Assembly (NCBI RefSeq): GCF_044704955.1
Contig: NC_091992.1
Location: 130,882,001 to 130,946,000 of the forward strand
From: Pristiophorus japonicus
Taxonomy: Eukaryota
Length of the DNA: 64,000 nt
Direction of reading: 5' to 3'
Notes under the pieces: model-generated
What the model was told of the DNA's origin: nothing
What the model saw: only the letters and a program-made list of their open reading frames with translations
Database searches by the model: none
Part shown: in pieces, positions 12,141 to 24,050 of the stretch
How the letters are laid out: each line of letters starts with the position of its first letter
How positions within the stretch are numbered: position 1 is the stretch's first letter
Position numbers and translations under genes: made by a program

Positions 12141-12719
12141 AAGGTGAGGACAAGCCCTCTTTGTTCCAGGAGGCGGCTGTGATTCCGCCTGCACTGTGCA
12201 GCCACTGGGGATCGATCCAGTTTGCATCAATGATGGGTGAACCTGACTGAGGAAATCACAGCACGTCCTTTGTGAAACTTTGCATCCAGTGTTACTGCTG
12301 CTAAATAGCAGTGTGTATATTATAGAGTTTAAGTGATAACTACTTCAACTAGTACAGAAGACAAGCTTCAGACCTGAAAGCTGCAACCTATATCTTTCTA
12401 AGCATTGTGATAATATATCTGTATGTGCGTGAAAAGAAATTTGGTTAATTACTGAATTCTGTGTGCAGTTTCTGATCTCATTCTACCATAAGTTGTAAGT
12501 CATTTTCACAGGAGAGTCCGCTAATTAAACACCGTTATTTATTTATTTTTACATTCATTCTGGGGATGCGGGTGTTGCTGCCAATGGTGGCATTTATTGC
12601 CCAGCCCTAGTTGCCCTGGAATAGTTGCTTTGGCAACTTCTGAAATTAAATTCACAAAGGCGCTAACTCATGCTTGGCAGAGGAAGGACAGGATTCAGAT
12701 GGCCTCTGTCATCCTATCG

Positions 12720-12882
12720 GAAAGATGGATCAATCAATTTTTGGAATCTAAGGGAATCAAGGGATATGGGGATCGGGCGGGAAAGTGGAGTTGAGGTCAA
12801 AGATCAGCCATGATCTTATTGAATGACGGAGCAGGCTCGAGGGGCCGAATGGCTGACTCCTGTTCCTAATTCTTATGTTCTT
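12720..12882 (+). mobile_element. CR1 3' terminal fragment
   Basis: KGIKGYGDRAGKWS-stop followed by the GATCAGCCATGATCTTATTGAATG...CTTATGTTCTT tail. Confidence 0.85.
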
Positions 12883-13845
12883 CTGACTGAGTGGAGCTGC
12901 AGCATAATGAGAGGAGGGCGTGTACAGCCATTGTCCAGGATCCAGTCCCTAATGCAGGCAGGATCTCTCTTAGAAAGGAAATATTATATTGAATCCATTA
13001 TAAAAAACATATCATGCGTCACTGCATAATATAAAACTGCCTGCTAAGTCACAACTGAATTGCACAATAGAGTTTCCAATTTGTGAACTTTAAATAGAAC
13101 ATCTGAACAGACTCTATCCGCAGGTTAGGTTTAATTCTGAAAACTTAGCCAGTTCACTGACTCCTCGACAATGTCATACAGTAACCTTGAACAGGATTTA
13201 TGTTCCAATGGTACCGTCATTCTTGTAAAGGAAATAACTTGTATTTATAGAGAGTCATTCATAACCTTAGGATGTTTGAAAGCACTTTAGAGCCAATGGA
13301 TTAAGTTTGCAACTCACTGCGAGATCGCACACACAGCATCGAGGTGAATGACCAGATTTACAATTTCATCTCATTTTTCTCTCTTTTAACAGCAACTATT
13401 TTTCATTCTTCTGGTGAGGACACACTGGGGTCAGAGAGGAAGGTCAGAGGGGAGAGTGAATATTGCCCGTGCTCACTTGGGGTCAGAGAGGAGAAGGTCA
13501 GGGAGGAGAGTGAAAACTGCCCTGTGCTCACTTGCCCAGTTACCGGGACTGGTACAATTTCTTTTAAGGCTACTAGGAAATGTGGGTAGATCACATGATC
13601 ATAAGACAAGCTAGGCCATTCAGCCCCTCTAATCCCATACGTTTAGAGATAAAAGACTCACACCAACCCCCTCCCCTCCACCATCACAACAGCTAACGGG
13701 TTCCTGATTGACGGGCTTTTGTCTCTGCTGTTTTCTCAGAATCCCATCCCAAGTATGGATCACTCTTTATGGAAAGAAACTCTTCCTGAAGTCAGTCCCG
13801 AATTTGCCTTTCAATATTTTGAATCTATGCCTCTTTGCCTTACTG

Positions 13846-14975
13846 TCATCATCGGCAGTCCCTCGGAATCGAGGAAGACTTGCTTCCACTCTTAAAATGA
13901 GTCCTCAGGTAGCTGAACAGTCCAATACAAGAACCACAGTCCCTGTCACAGGTGGGACAGATAGTCATTGAGGGAAGGGGTGGGTGGGACTGGTTTGCCG
14001 CACACTCTTTCCATTGCCTGCGCTTCATTTCTGCATGCTCTCGGCGATGAGACTCGAGGTGCTCAGTGCCCTCCCAGATGCACTTCCTCCACTTAGGGTG
14101 GTCTTTGGCCAGGGACTCCCAGGTGTCAGTGGGGATGTTACACTTTATCAGGGAGGTTTTGAGGGTGTCCTTGTAACATTTCTGCTGTCCACCTTTGGCT
14201 TGTTTGGCATGAAGGAATTCCGAGTAGAGCGCTTGCTTTGGGAGTCTCGTGTCTGGCATGTGGACAATGTGGTCTGCCCAGTGGAGCTGATCAAGTGTGG
14301 TCAGTATTTCAATGCTGGGGATGTTGGCCTGGTCGAGGACGCTAATGTTGGTGCGTCTGTCCTCCCAGGGGATTTGTAGCATCTTGCGGAGACATCGTTG
14401 GTGGTATTTCTCCAGTGACTTGAGGTGTCTACTGTACATGGTCCATGTCTCTGAGCCATACAGGAGGGCGAGTATTACTACAGCCCTGTAGACCATGAGC
14501 TTGGTGGCAGTTTTGAGGGCCTGGTCTTCAAACGCTCTTTTCCTCAGGCGGCCGAAGGCTGCACTGGCACACTGGAGGCGGTGTTGAATCTCATCTTCAA
14601 TGCTTGCTCTTGTTGATAAGAGGCTCCTGAGGAATGGGAAGTGGTCCACATTGTCCAGGGCTGCGCCGTGGATCTTGATGACTGGGAGGCAGTGCTTTGC
14701 GGTGAGGACAGGCTGGTGGAAGACCTTTGTCTTATGGAAGTTTAGCGTAAGGCCTATGCTTTCGTATGCCTCAGTAAATGCGTCGACTATGTCCTGGAGT
14801 TCAGCCTCTGTATGTGCGCAGACACAGGCGCCGTCCGCGTACTGTAGCTTGACGATAGAGGTTGGGGTGGTCTTGGACCTGGCCTGGAGGCGGAGAATGT
14901 TGAACAGGTTCCCACTGGTTCTGTAGCTTAGTTCCACTCCAGCGGGGAGCTTGTTGACTGTAAGGTGGAGCATAG
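13846..14975 (-). mobile_element. RTE-clade LINE, RT C-terminal half and 3' end
   Basis: ORF 13849-15054 contains LQYADG, ALLYGSETW, HWADHIVHMPDTRLPKQ and CPTCDRDC. Confidence 0.9.
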
Positions 14976-15616
14976 TTACCCAGGAACTTCGATGCTTTGA
15001 TATCGACATCGCTGCCCTAAGCGAGATCTGACGGGCAGGGGAAGGCCAGCTCAAGGAACAAGGTGACCTTTTTCTGGAAAGGGAAAGCAGAGGAAGAACG
15101 CCGCCTCCACGGAATCGGTTTCGCCATCAAAAACAAGCTGGTCGACCGTCTCAAAGACTCCCCCTGGGGGGCTAACGAACGCCTCATGACTCTTTGACTC
15201 ACCCTATCCCGGAACCAGTGCGCCACAGTCATCAGTGCGTACGCCCCAACACGCGATGCAACAGATGAGGCCAAAGAGGGTTTTTACTCCAACCTTGAAA
15301 AATCCATGACAAACCAATCCCCCTCAGTGACTTCAACGCCAGGGTTGGCAAGGACACAGACCTCTGGGGAGGCGTGATTGGTAGAGAGTGGGTAGGGAAA
15401 GCCAACTCCAGCGGTACCCTACTCCTGAAAAAATGTCTAGAACATGAACTTGTCATCACCAACACCAACAAGGATGTGCGCATCACCCGCGCCATGACAG
15501 GAGCTGACGACAGCTGGATGGACCAGCACCTTATCCGGTCCATCATTGACATCAACATAGCCCCAAAGTGGAGGGGGCAGCAGAAGCATTGCCACAAAAA
15601 AGTCAATGCCGGGGCA
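14976..15616 (+). mobile_element. RTE endonuclease segment, inverted relative to the adjacent RT segment
   Basis: The plus strand gives decayed DIDIAALSE, FFWKG, GIGFAIKN, ERLMTL, SAYAPT and DFNARVG motifs of the RTE APE domain. Confidence 0.8.
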
Positions 15617-15727
15617 TTTTACCTTGTAGAATATTCGGGACACGCATTTCTGTCAGGTCTCTCCTCAATTGCTGCCTTTCAAAGCTGGAAAGACCCAGTT
15701 GCTCTGGTCTTCCCATAAAGCTCTTTG

Positions 15728-16245
15728 CACCCCCAACTCACCACCCCACTACCCCCACCCCATCCTTCACCCCCACAATCCCCACCCCAACTCACCCCCA
15801 ACTCACCACCCCACCACCCACTCCCCATCCTTCCCCCCCACAATCCCCACCCCAACCCATCCCCGACCCACCCCCAACTCACCACCTCACCACCCACTCC
15901 CCATCCTTCACCCCCACAATCCCCACCCCAACCCACCCCCACCACCCACTCCCCATCCTTCCCCCCCACAATCCCCACCCCAACCCAACCCCGACCCACC
16001 CCCACCCCACCACCCACTCCCCATCCTTCCCCCCCACAATCCCCACCCCAACCCATCCCCGACCCACCCCCAACTCACCACCTCACTAGCCCCACCCCAC
16101 CACCCACTCCCCATCCTCAACCCCCCCACCCCCACCAACCATCCACCCATCATCCTCACCCACCATCCCCCGCCCCCCCAACTCACCACCCCCCATCCTC
16201 ACCCACCATCCCCCGCCCCCCCAACTCACCACCCCCCCAACCCCA
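15728..16245. repeat. Degenerate C-rich tandem repeat (G-rich on minus strand)
   Basis: Recurring CCCCACAATCCCCACCCCAAC and CACCACCCACTCCCCATCCTT units. Confidence 0.9.
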
Positions 16246-16259
16246 GAACCAAGACAAAA

Positions 16260-16452
16260 GCAAAATACTGTGGATGCTGGAATCTGAAATAAAAACAGAA
16301 AATGCTGTAAATCTCAGCAGGTCAGGCAACATCTGTGGAGAGAGAAACAGAGTTAACGCTTCAGCTCGATAACCGTTCTGAAACATTAACTCTGTTTCTC
16401 TCTCCACAGATGCCGCCTGACCTGCTGAGAATTCCAGCATTTTCTGTTTTTA
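16260..16452. mobile_element. Penelope-type terminal sequence as an ~80-bp-arm inverted repeat
   Basis: AAAAACAGAAAATGCTG...CAGAGTTAAC is followed by its reverse complement TTAACTCTG...CAGCATTTTCTGTTTTT. Related single arms lie at 21143-21225 and 31419-31516. The Penelope assignment rests on recalled family similarity. Confidence 0.65.
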
Positions 16453-16927
16453 CACCAGAACTAAGTGTCTCCCTTGTGTCCTGGTACAGACATAATGGGC
16501 TGAACGGCCACTTTCTGTGCCATAAATTTCTATGATTCGATGGTGACCATAACTGAAGACAATACCATCTGACCAGCGCACGAGACAGTTCCACTTTCAC
16601 TTGTATTCTGCTGATTTGCCAACACAGCCCAGCATTTTCTTATGCCTTGTTATTTTGCATTGTTAAATGTCCCAGGGCGCTTCACAGGAGCGCAATCAGA
16701 CAATAATTGACACCGAGCCAAAGAAGGAGACATTACGACAGGTAATCAAAAGCTTGGTCAGAGAGGTAGGTTTTAAGCGGAGTCTTAAAGCAGGAGAGAG
16801 AGGCGTAGAGGCGAAGGGATTGGGGGAGGGAATTCATGTGTTATCAAAATTCTTCTAAATGCTATGTAATATTATACAGCCATAGCTTACATTTCAACTA
16901 AAATATCTAGTGAAGGTACCATTTGAT

Positions 16928-16933
16928 TTTATT
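16928..16933 (-). promoter_or_regulatory. Candidate polyadenylation signal for CACNG5
   Basis: First minus-strand AATAAA found downstream of the stop codon, in an AT-rich context. Confidence 0.4.
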
Positions 16934-17221
16934 AATGTCGACAGTACATTGGTTGAACATGACAATATTTAAATTATTTTAATATCCAAATAAAAAGTCT
17001 TACCATTGCATTTAAAAATGACAACATTTAAGCTGCTCCATTCAATCAGAAATGTATTACATGGAAAAGTGAGGAGATTTAATACAGGAGCAGAATCTTG
17101 CCTTCTCTCGGCTGTCTCACTTGACATGCTGCACAAGCCTGTTGTGACTCTCCGCTTCTAGCATCTGCAAGTATGTTTCTCGGTAATATCGAGCCTAGCA
17201 ACCACCTCCATATGGCAAGAG

Positions 17222-17409
17222 TCTATCCTAGCAACTAGCTCTAGGTGACCGAATCTATCCTAGCAACTAGCTCTAGGTGACCGAATCTATCCTAGCAACT
17301 AGCTCTAGGTGACCGAATCTATCCTATCAACTAGCTCTAGGTGACCGAATCTATCCTAGCAACTAGCTCTAGGTGACCGAGTTTAGCCTAGCAACTAGCT
17401 CTAGGTGAC
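17222..17409. repeat. 32-bp minisatellite, ~6 copies
   Basis: Unit TCTATCCTAGCAACTAGCTCTAGGTGACCGAA. Confidence 0.95.
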
Positions 17410-17469
17410 ATATATCTCAGTCACTCGATTGCACAAAACTAATTCTCCAAACTCAAATTACAGCATAAA

Positions 17470-17765
17470 TGGGAACATAGGGACAGGAGGAGGTCATTCA
17501 ACTCCCCGAGCCTGTTCCGCCATTCAATGAGATCATAGCTGTTCTGCATCATAACTCCATCTAACCACCTTGGTTCCATAATCCTTAATACCCTTGCCTA
17601 ACAAAAATCTATCAATCTCGGTTTTGAAATTTTCAATTGCTCCCCAGCCTCAAAAGCTTTTTGAGGGCGAGAGTTCCAGATTTTCACTGCCCTTTGTGTG
17701 AAGAAGTGCTTCCTGTCATCACCCCTGAACGGCCTGACTCTAATTTTAAGGTGATGCCCCCATAG
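17470..17765 (-). mobile_element. CR1 3' fragment
   Basis: Reverse complement of the CR1 ORF2 end and 3' UTR hairpin. Confidence 0.75.
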
Positions 17766-17931
17766 TTCCTCCCCACAGTGCCATAGCAGTCAATCACCTT
17801 ATCTTAAGGACCATTAAGTGAAACCACTGTTAACTTTTTAAAACATAACATTCTTAACTGCATCAAGTTGATTTGCGGAAACATCATGCACTTAAACTGT
17901 TATGCGCTGTATAAATGTACCACTTCCCGAT

Positions 17932-18206
17932 TGTAATGTATGCACCGGTGAGGATGCTCATAGGTTTGTAGAGCTGCTGCATTGTGAGTGGCTTAGCCAG
18001 TCACGTGATGTTCACAAGACTCAATAAAATCCCCAGTCTGTTGGGTCTAGGTCATCCACAACCAGGTATGCAGTTGTAAGCCTAGTGGATGAACTGATAA
18101 TGTGTAGTGTGATAGTTAAACCTTTGCTAATAAACCAACCAGTTCTTAACAGCAACGTGTTGCTATGAATTCTTAAGCAAAGAACCCACGAAGCAAATAC
18201 ATTACA
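17932..18206 (+). mobile_element. Intact solo LTR (275 bp)
   Basis: Termini TGTAATGTA...TACATTACA form a 9-bp inverted repeat. It has internal AATAAA motifs and a 5-bp TSD CCGAT/CCAAT with one CpG-type mismatch. Confidence 0.8.
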
Positions 18207-18533
18207 CCAATGACATTTTGTGTTCTCGGTTCCAGACATTTGAGTGGATGAAACCATTGCAAAAAATAATTACACATTATTACAAAATGACAGAAGATGA
18301 TACCTTCATTTGTGTCAAGTACCCCCCCCCCCGCCCCCCACCCTCCCTCCACCCCCACAGCAAGCTGATAGTTTGTGTTCTGCAAAGGGGCAAACACTGA
18401 AACTCGAGGTCCGGCCGATGGTTGGTGTTAAGCTTGTCCTGGACGATTGAGTTCTCACCACCACAATGGAAAAGACAAAGGGGGATCCAGGACACCGCAG
18501 CTGCTCCGAGGCAGACGTCTGGCAGGCCGGAGC

Positions 18534-18791
18534 TCAGCAGTGCGAGGAGGACATCGGGTCGTAATCTGGGCACTTGAGGAGCGCCGGATAGTTGGCGCTC
18601 ATCTGCAGGGAGGCGTCGCTGGAGATGTCGGAGGGGCTCCGCCCGCGGGGCCAGCCGTCCGGGTGCAGGAACTGGCCCGAGTAGTCGGAGCTGTTGCTCA
18701 GCCTCGGTCTGTAGAAGCTGGGGTGGGGTCTGTAAATCTCCTCGGCAGTGTATCTCTTCATGAAGAGGTAGACTGACATTACTCCGGCACT
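18534..18791 (-). CDS. CACNG5: CACNG5 coding exon 5 (TM4 end and cytoplasmic tail)
   Basis: Acceptor ttcttgcag|AGT. Encodes SAGVMSVYLFMKRYTAEEIYRPHPSFYRPRLSNSSDYSGQFLHPDGW...CPDYDPMSSSHC-TGA (258 nt). Confidence 0.95.
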   Translation of the reverse strand, partial: SAGVMSVYLFMKRYTAEEIYRPHPSFYRPRLSNSSDYSGQFLHPDGWPRGRSPSDISSDASLQMSANYPALLKCPDYDPMSSSHC

Positions 18792-19139
18792 CTGCAAGAA
18801 CACAAAGTACAACATTGCAGGGTGTGATTTGTTTTGTGCTCATCGCATTGAGGCCTGCAAGTGTTGGGAAATAAAACACTTCCTCTCCCCCCGCCCCATG
18901 TCATCCCTAAATTGCAGTGCCTGTACACATCCCCACCCCCACCCCCACGATTGGCTCAGCCCCCCCCCCCCCGCCCCCCTGGGGTAAGAAGCCTTGTAGT
19001 AGAACACCCAGCTTCTCCTGGGGACCAGAGAATATGCAAGGTGCTGGGAGAGAACCCCTCATGTGAATGTCTTCATCTCCAACGGAACTCACGCCCCTCT
19101 GAATGGGATTCTCAATTTAGTGCTCAGTTAGGGAAGAGT

Positions 19140-19350
19140 TTTGTATTGTGTACTTGAATGCACTGCCCGAAAGGATGCTGGAGGCAGATTCAATAGTAAC
19201 TTTCAAAAAGGAATTGGAGATATACTTGAAGTGGAAAAATCTACAGGGCTATGGGGAAAGAGCAAAGAGTGGGACTTACTGGATACCACTTTCAAAGAAC
19301 CGGCATGGGCCAATGGGCCGAACAGCCTCCTTCTGTGCTGTATGATTCAA
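19140..19350 (+). mobile_element. CR1-type 3' fragment
   Basis: NALPERMLEADSIVTFKKELEIYLK..NLQGYGERA followed by a hairpin tail. Confidence 0.7.
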
Positions 19351-19414
19351 AGAACTGCAATTGGGTCACCTAGGTCTTTTACAATCAGCAATTGGAGCAA
19401 ACAAAATCAAACAC

Positions 19415-20436
19415 CAAAGGAAACTTTGATGGTATGAGACGTGAATTGGCTAGGACAGACTGGAGAATGATACTTAAAGGATTGATGGTGGATAGGCAAT
19501 GGCAGACATTTAAATATCACATGGATGAACTACAACGATTGTGCATCCCTGTGTGGTGTAAGAATAAAAAAGGAAGGTGGCTCAACCGTGGCTAACAAGG
19601 GAAATTAGGGAAAGTGTTAAATCCAAGGAAGAGGCATATAAATTGGCCAGAAAAAGCAGCAAACCTGAAGACTGGGAGAAATTTGGAATTCAACAGAGGA
19701 GGACTAAGGGTTTAATTAGGAGGGGGAAAATAGACTATGAGAGTAAGCTTGCAGGGAACATAAAAACTGACTGCAAAAGCTTCTATATGTGAAAAGAAAA
19801 AGATTAGTGAAGACTAATGTAGGTCCCTTGCAGTCAGAATCAGCTGAATTCATAATGGGGAACAAGGAAATGGCAGACCAATTGAACAAATACTTTGGTT
19901 CAGTCTTCACTAAGGAAGACACGAATAACCTCCCGAAAATACTAGGGGACCGAGGGTCTATGAGAAGGGGGAACTGAGGGAAATTCTTATTAGTCAGGAA
20001 ATGGTGTTAGGGAAATTGAAGGGACTGAAGGCCGATAAATCCCCAGGGCCTGATAGTCTGCATCCCAGAGTACTTAAGGAAGTGGCCCTAGAAATAGTAG
20101 ATGCATTGGTGGTCATTTTCCAACATTCCATGGACTCTGGTTCAGTTCCTATGGATTGGAGGGTAGCTAATGTAACCCCACTTTTTAAAAAAGGAGGAAG
20201 AGAGAAAACAGGTAATTATAGACCAGTTAGCTTGACAGAAAGTTGTTGAGTCCAGATCGTTGGACATATTCAAAAGGGAGTTAGATGTGGCCCTTACGGC
20301 TAAAGGGATCAGGGGGTATGGAGAGAAGGCAGGGGTGGGGTACTGAGGTTGCATGATCAGCCATGATCATATTGAATGGCGGTGCAGGCTCGAAGGGCCG
20401 AATGGCCTGCTCCTGCAGCTATTTTCTATGTTTCTA
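19415..20436 (+). mobile_element. CR1 LINE fragment with a large internal deletion
   Basis: Homologous to 3370-4165 (QPWLTREIR, KSPGPDSLHPRVLKE, NYRPVSLT). At ~20237 it jumps straight to the 3' end. Confidence 0.9.
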
Positions 20437-21142
20437 TCTCCCTCGCCTGGATTCAATCTGAGGTCCCAGAGTTGGAGTGTTGACGGGTCAGGGAGAGTGT
20501 TGCTGGGTCCGGGAGAGTGTGAACCTCTTGCATCAGTCAGTTCTCAAGCGGTTTTCTGTCATGAATCACTTTAAAATCCCACTGATCAATTTTCAAACAG
20601 TGACATTGGTTATAATCAGAAATAATATACCTAACTGTAACAGTTCATCAGTGTTATTGACTATTGAAACTGGGACAGTAAAGGAATTAAATGCAGATGT
20701 TGAATATATTGTAACAGGTGCAGTGAGGCTGCCAGATTCACAGAGGTGTTACTGTGATTGGAGCTCAATGAACGATGTCTGACAAGTCTGCAGTCTTGGG
20801 GTTCAGAAGCAGTCTTTATCCCCTCCCTCTGCCAAGGGAGTGCACCCAATATTCCGCATATAACTGTGGCGGGAGCATCAAGGGAGATGGGAAACATTTC
20901 TCGGAGAAGAGAGTGAAGATTTGTCCCAGAAGGAGGAAAATAAAATGTGGAGCGGAGTCCCTCTGAACTGCGTTCCCGTATCCCTCAGCAGCCAATGAAG
21001 AGCAGCACGGAGAGTGAGCAGGCAGCAAGTCTGCCCTGAATGGATGTCGACTATTGTGTGATGAGACATAATTCACAATAGCACCACGTGACGAGAGCAC
21101 AAAGAGTGGTACCCGGGTGAGCCAAACAAAGCCATATTTTCT

Positions 21143-21225
21143 GACCTGAAACGTTAACTCTGTTTCTCTCTCCATGGAGGCTGCCTGAGCCTGCTGAGCA
21201 TTTCCAGCATTTTCTGCTTTTATAA
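21143..21225 (+). mobile_element. Penelope-type terminal fragment
   Basis: GACCTGAAACGTTAACTCTGTTTCTCTCTCC...CAGCATTTTCTG, the same family as 16260-16452. Confidence 0.6.
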
Positions 21226-21438
21226 CTATATTTTGGCAATTCAATCTGTCACCCAATCTGTGCAGCAAATCACCCCAGTAGATGCTCATGGTGGCCCGTT
21301 GACCTTGGTTATTTTGTACGGTTTAGATCACGGTCCAATCTGGTCAAACCCATTGCCCTGTTTCGTTGATTTGGGATTAAATATAACGAGCTGAGCCAGG
21401 TACGGGCAACGTCTGGCTGAATTTGGACGGATAATTAC

Positions 21439-21584
21439 CTCGGTCAGCAGGAACGATATGGCTGAAAAGGCAAAGGACCATCCGTACTTGTAGTGGAAAT
21501 AGCTGTCCGAGTCTGGGGTCCTGTTCAACATTTCATCGTTGATGCTGGATATGTACAGCACGAGGCCAACAACCAGTGACAAGC
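21439..21584 (-). CDS. CACNG5: CACNG5 coding exon 4
   Basis: ttgcag|GC...GAG|gtaatt. Encodes GLSLVVGLVLYISSINDEMLNRTPDSDSYFHYKYGWSFAFSAISFLLTE (146 nt). Confidence 0.95.
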
Positions 21585-21752
21585 CTGCAATTGTACAAAG
21601 GTGATTCATCATAAAGCACCAGTGTCGTGTAAACGGTAAGAAGTTGTGATTAATATTATCGATCATTCCAACCTGTGGTTGGCTAAAGAACATCAAAATA
21701 TGTGACGACAAAAAAAATATCAAAAGGAGATGCCAGGAAGCAAGTTGGCATA

Positions 21753-22044
21753 GTGGCACAGCCTGTTGGTGCCCCCGCAGATTGCAGGGCAGAGTGGCAC
21801 AGCCTGTTGGTGCCCCCGCAGATTGCAGGGCAGAGTGGCACAGCCTGTTGGTGCCCCCGCAGATTGCAGGGCAGAGTGGCACAGCCTGTTGGTGCCCCCG
21901 CAGATTGCAGGGCAGAGTGGCACAGCCTGTTGGTGCCCCCGCAGATTGCAGGGCAGAGTGGCACAGCCTGTTGGTGCCCCCGCAGATTGCAGGGCAGAAT
22001 GGCACAGCCTGTTGGTGCCCCCGCAGATTGCAGGGCAGAGTGGC
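21753..22044. repeat. 41-bp minisatellite, 7 copies, intronic
   Basis: Unit GTGGCACAGCCTGTTGGTGCCCCCGCAGATTGCAGGGCAGA, near-perfect copies. Confidence 0.97.
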
Positions 22045-22455
22045 AGATTCAAGAGGGAACTGGATAGACAGTTGGCAGAATCAGGATTCGAGGGAGTAGG
22101 AGAGACAGTGCATGGTATTTTTCATATATTGGGAACAGCCAGATGAACCGCAGAAGCATCTTTGGTCCTGTACACCGCTCGTGTGCTGCCAGGACGCAAG
22201 TCAACGGCAGCAGTGCCATTACCAGGCAGTGTTAGTGGATGCTTGACATTCCTCCTCTCAGCACAAAGTGATGAAGAGCACAGGAGTGTCACCACAGGCC
22301 GCCCTCGCAGACACTCTCCCATCAGGTCACCTTTCCCACCTTCTCAAGCAGGGAAATACCTCACAGCCCAAAAGATGACTAAACAAATTGGGAGGACAGA
22401 AAAACACATTGAATTTATTGTTTGTTCTTTTTTCTTCTTCTTTCTTGACCATTAC

Positions 22456-22596
22456 CTGAAAGTATGAAGAAGATTCCTGACACAAATGCTAAGATGGTCC
22501 TGTGAGGTCTGATATGTCCAATGTTGTTCATCACAAAGCCAATGAACATGAAGAACAGGCTGACTAGTGGGAAAGGGGTAGATGAGCGAATCATTT
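22456..22596 (-). CDS. CACNG5: CACNG5 coding exon 3
   Basis: tttccacag|AA...TCAG|gtaatg. Encodes MIRSSTPFPLVSLFFMFIGFVMNNIGHIRPHRTILAFVSGIFFILS (141 nt). Confidence 0.95.
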
Positions 22597-22649
22597 CTGT
22601 GGAAAGGAAAAGATCTGAGGAACCAGTAATCACCAGCAAGAAATAATGA

Positions 22650-22935
22650 ATCTGCATTTATATAGCGATTTTCATGACCTCAAGACGTCCCAAAGTGCTT
22701 CACAGCCAATGAAGTACTTGTGAAGTGTGGTCATGTTGTATTGTAGGAAACGCAGCAAACCAATCTTTTGGATGAGACGTTAAACCGAGGCCCCGTCTGC
22801 TCTCTCAGGTGGGCATGGTGCTATTTCGAAGAAGAACAGGGATGTTATCTGGTCAAAGTGACAACGCTTCACAAGTAAAGCACTTTGGGACATCCTGAAG
22901 CTGTGAAAGGCACTGTAGAAATACACGTCTTTCTG
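22650..22935. mobile_element. Two Deu-SINE fragments in opposite orientations
   Basis: A minus-strand tail at 22650-22765 is followed by a plus-strand Deu core and tail at 22766-22935. Confidence 0.65.
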
Positions 22936-23309
22936 TTACATGCACAAAATTAGCTGCCACACTTTCCTACATAAAAATAACTGCACTTCAAAATAATTAA
23001 TTGTATGTGAAGCACTTTGAGATGTTTGAGAGTTGCAATAAAGTCTTTGCTACCACAAGGAGTAGTTGAGGTGAATAGTATAGATGCATTTAAGGGCAGG
23101 CTAGATATTTGGGAGAAAGGAATAGAAAGATCTGTTCATGGGGTGAGATGAAGAGGGGTGGGAAGAGGCCCGAGGGGTGCATAAACCCCGGCACGGACCA
23201 GTTGGGCCGAATGCCTGTTTCTGTGCTGTAGACTCGATGTAATTCTCTGCAACCTGTTCTTATTTACTTAAATATTGAACTTCTGATTGGACCCAGAATG
23301 GATACTGAC

Positions 23310-23396
23310 TTAGAACACTGACGGTGGATTCGGAGGTCAGCTGCACGTTCATTGGCATCACGTACTCGATGGTAAAGCAGTGCCCACGCTCCTTCC
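23310..23396 (-). CDS. CACNG5: CACNG5 coding exon 2 (not in ORF track)
   Basis: cccgcag|GG...CTAA|gtcagt. Encodes KERGHCFTIEYVMPMNVQLTSESTVSVL (87 nt), and the phases match the flanking exons. Confidence 0.93.
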
Positions 23397-23749
23397 CTGC
23401 GGGTACAAACAGCAGGCTGGTAAAAACTGTCACTCAGTACAGCTCACAGCAACAGCAGGGGAAAAAACACATCAAAAACCCAATAGGAAATCTTGAAAAT
23501 GGCAGCACCTGAGACACTGTCTCCCCACACAGCAGCGCTATGTCTGTACCACAGAATACCATCCATAGCACAGCAGGCTAATGACGCTGTAAAGTGCAGA
23601 ACATTATACAGAGAGGAATATTACTTCTGTAAAATCAAACTATTATATTTACAACAGCGGGATACATTACAAAGCACATACTAGTATGTTACCATTGTAA
23701 GACTTTATTATTAGATTTTTATGAGGCAGACTGTTAGACCTCTGTAAGG

Positions 23750-24050
23750 CAGTTATATATATATGATATATTTCAGTATGGCAGTGTCGTATATACAGGG
23801 CGTTTAAAACCTCTATAAGGTCATGTATATGATATATATACATTTAATACCACTATACTTGAGTGTATATGATATGCAGAAGTATTTTCTACCTATATAA
23901 TGTATATGATATATACAGGAGTGATCGATATCTCGATACAGCAGTGTATATGATATATACATGAGTATTTATATCTATATAATGTATGATATATACAGGA
24001 GTGGTTTATACATTATTGAGCTATAAGCCACTCCTGTATATAACATATAT
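23750..24050. repeat. Degenerate AT-rich repeat
   Basis: Recurrent GTATATGATATATAC motif. Confidence 0.6.

Noticed and set aside
15568-16372. Extensin-like Pro/His-rich ORFs (also 61042-62242 and 51268-51934)
   Set aside because: Translations of low-complexity C-rich or GA-rich repeats.
18280-18879. 199-aa minus-strand ORF overlapping the last CACNG5 exon
   Set aside because: It is an alternative frame of a GC-rich exon, starts in the intron and has no recognisable domain.
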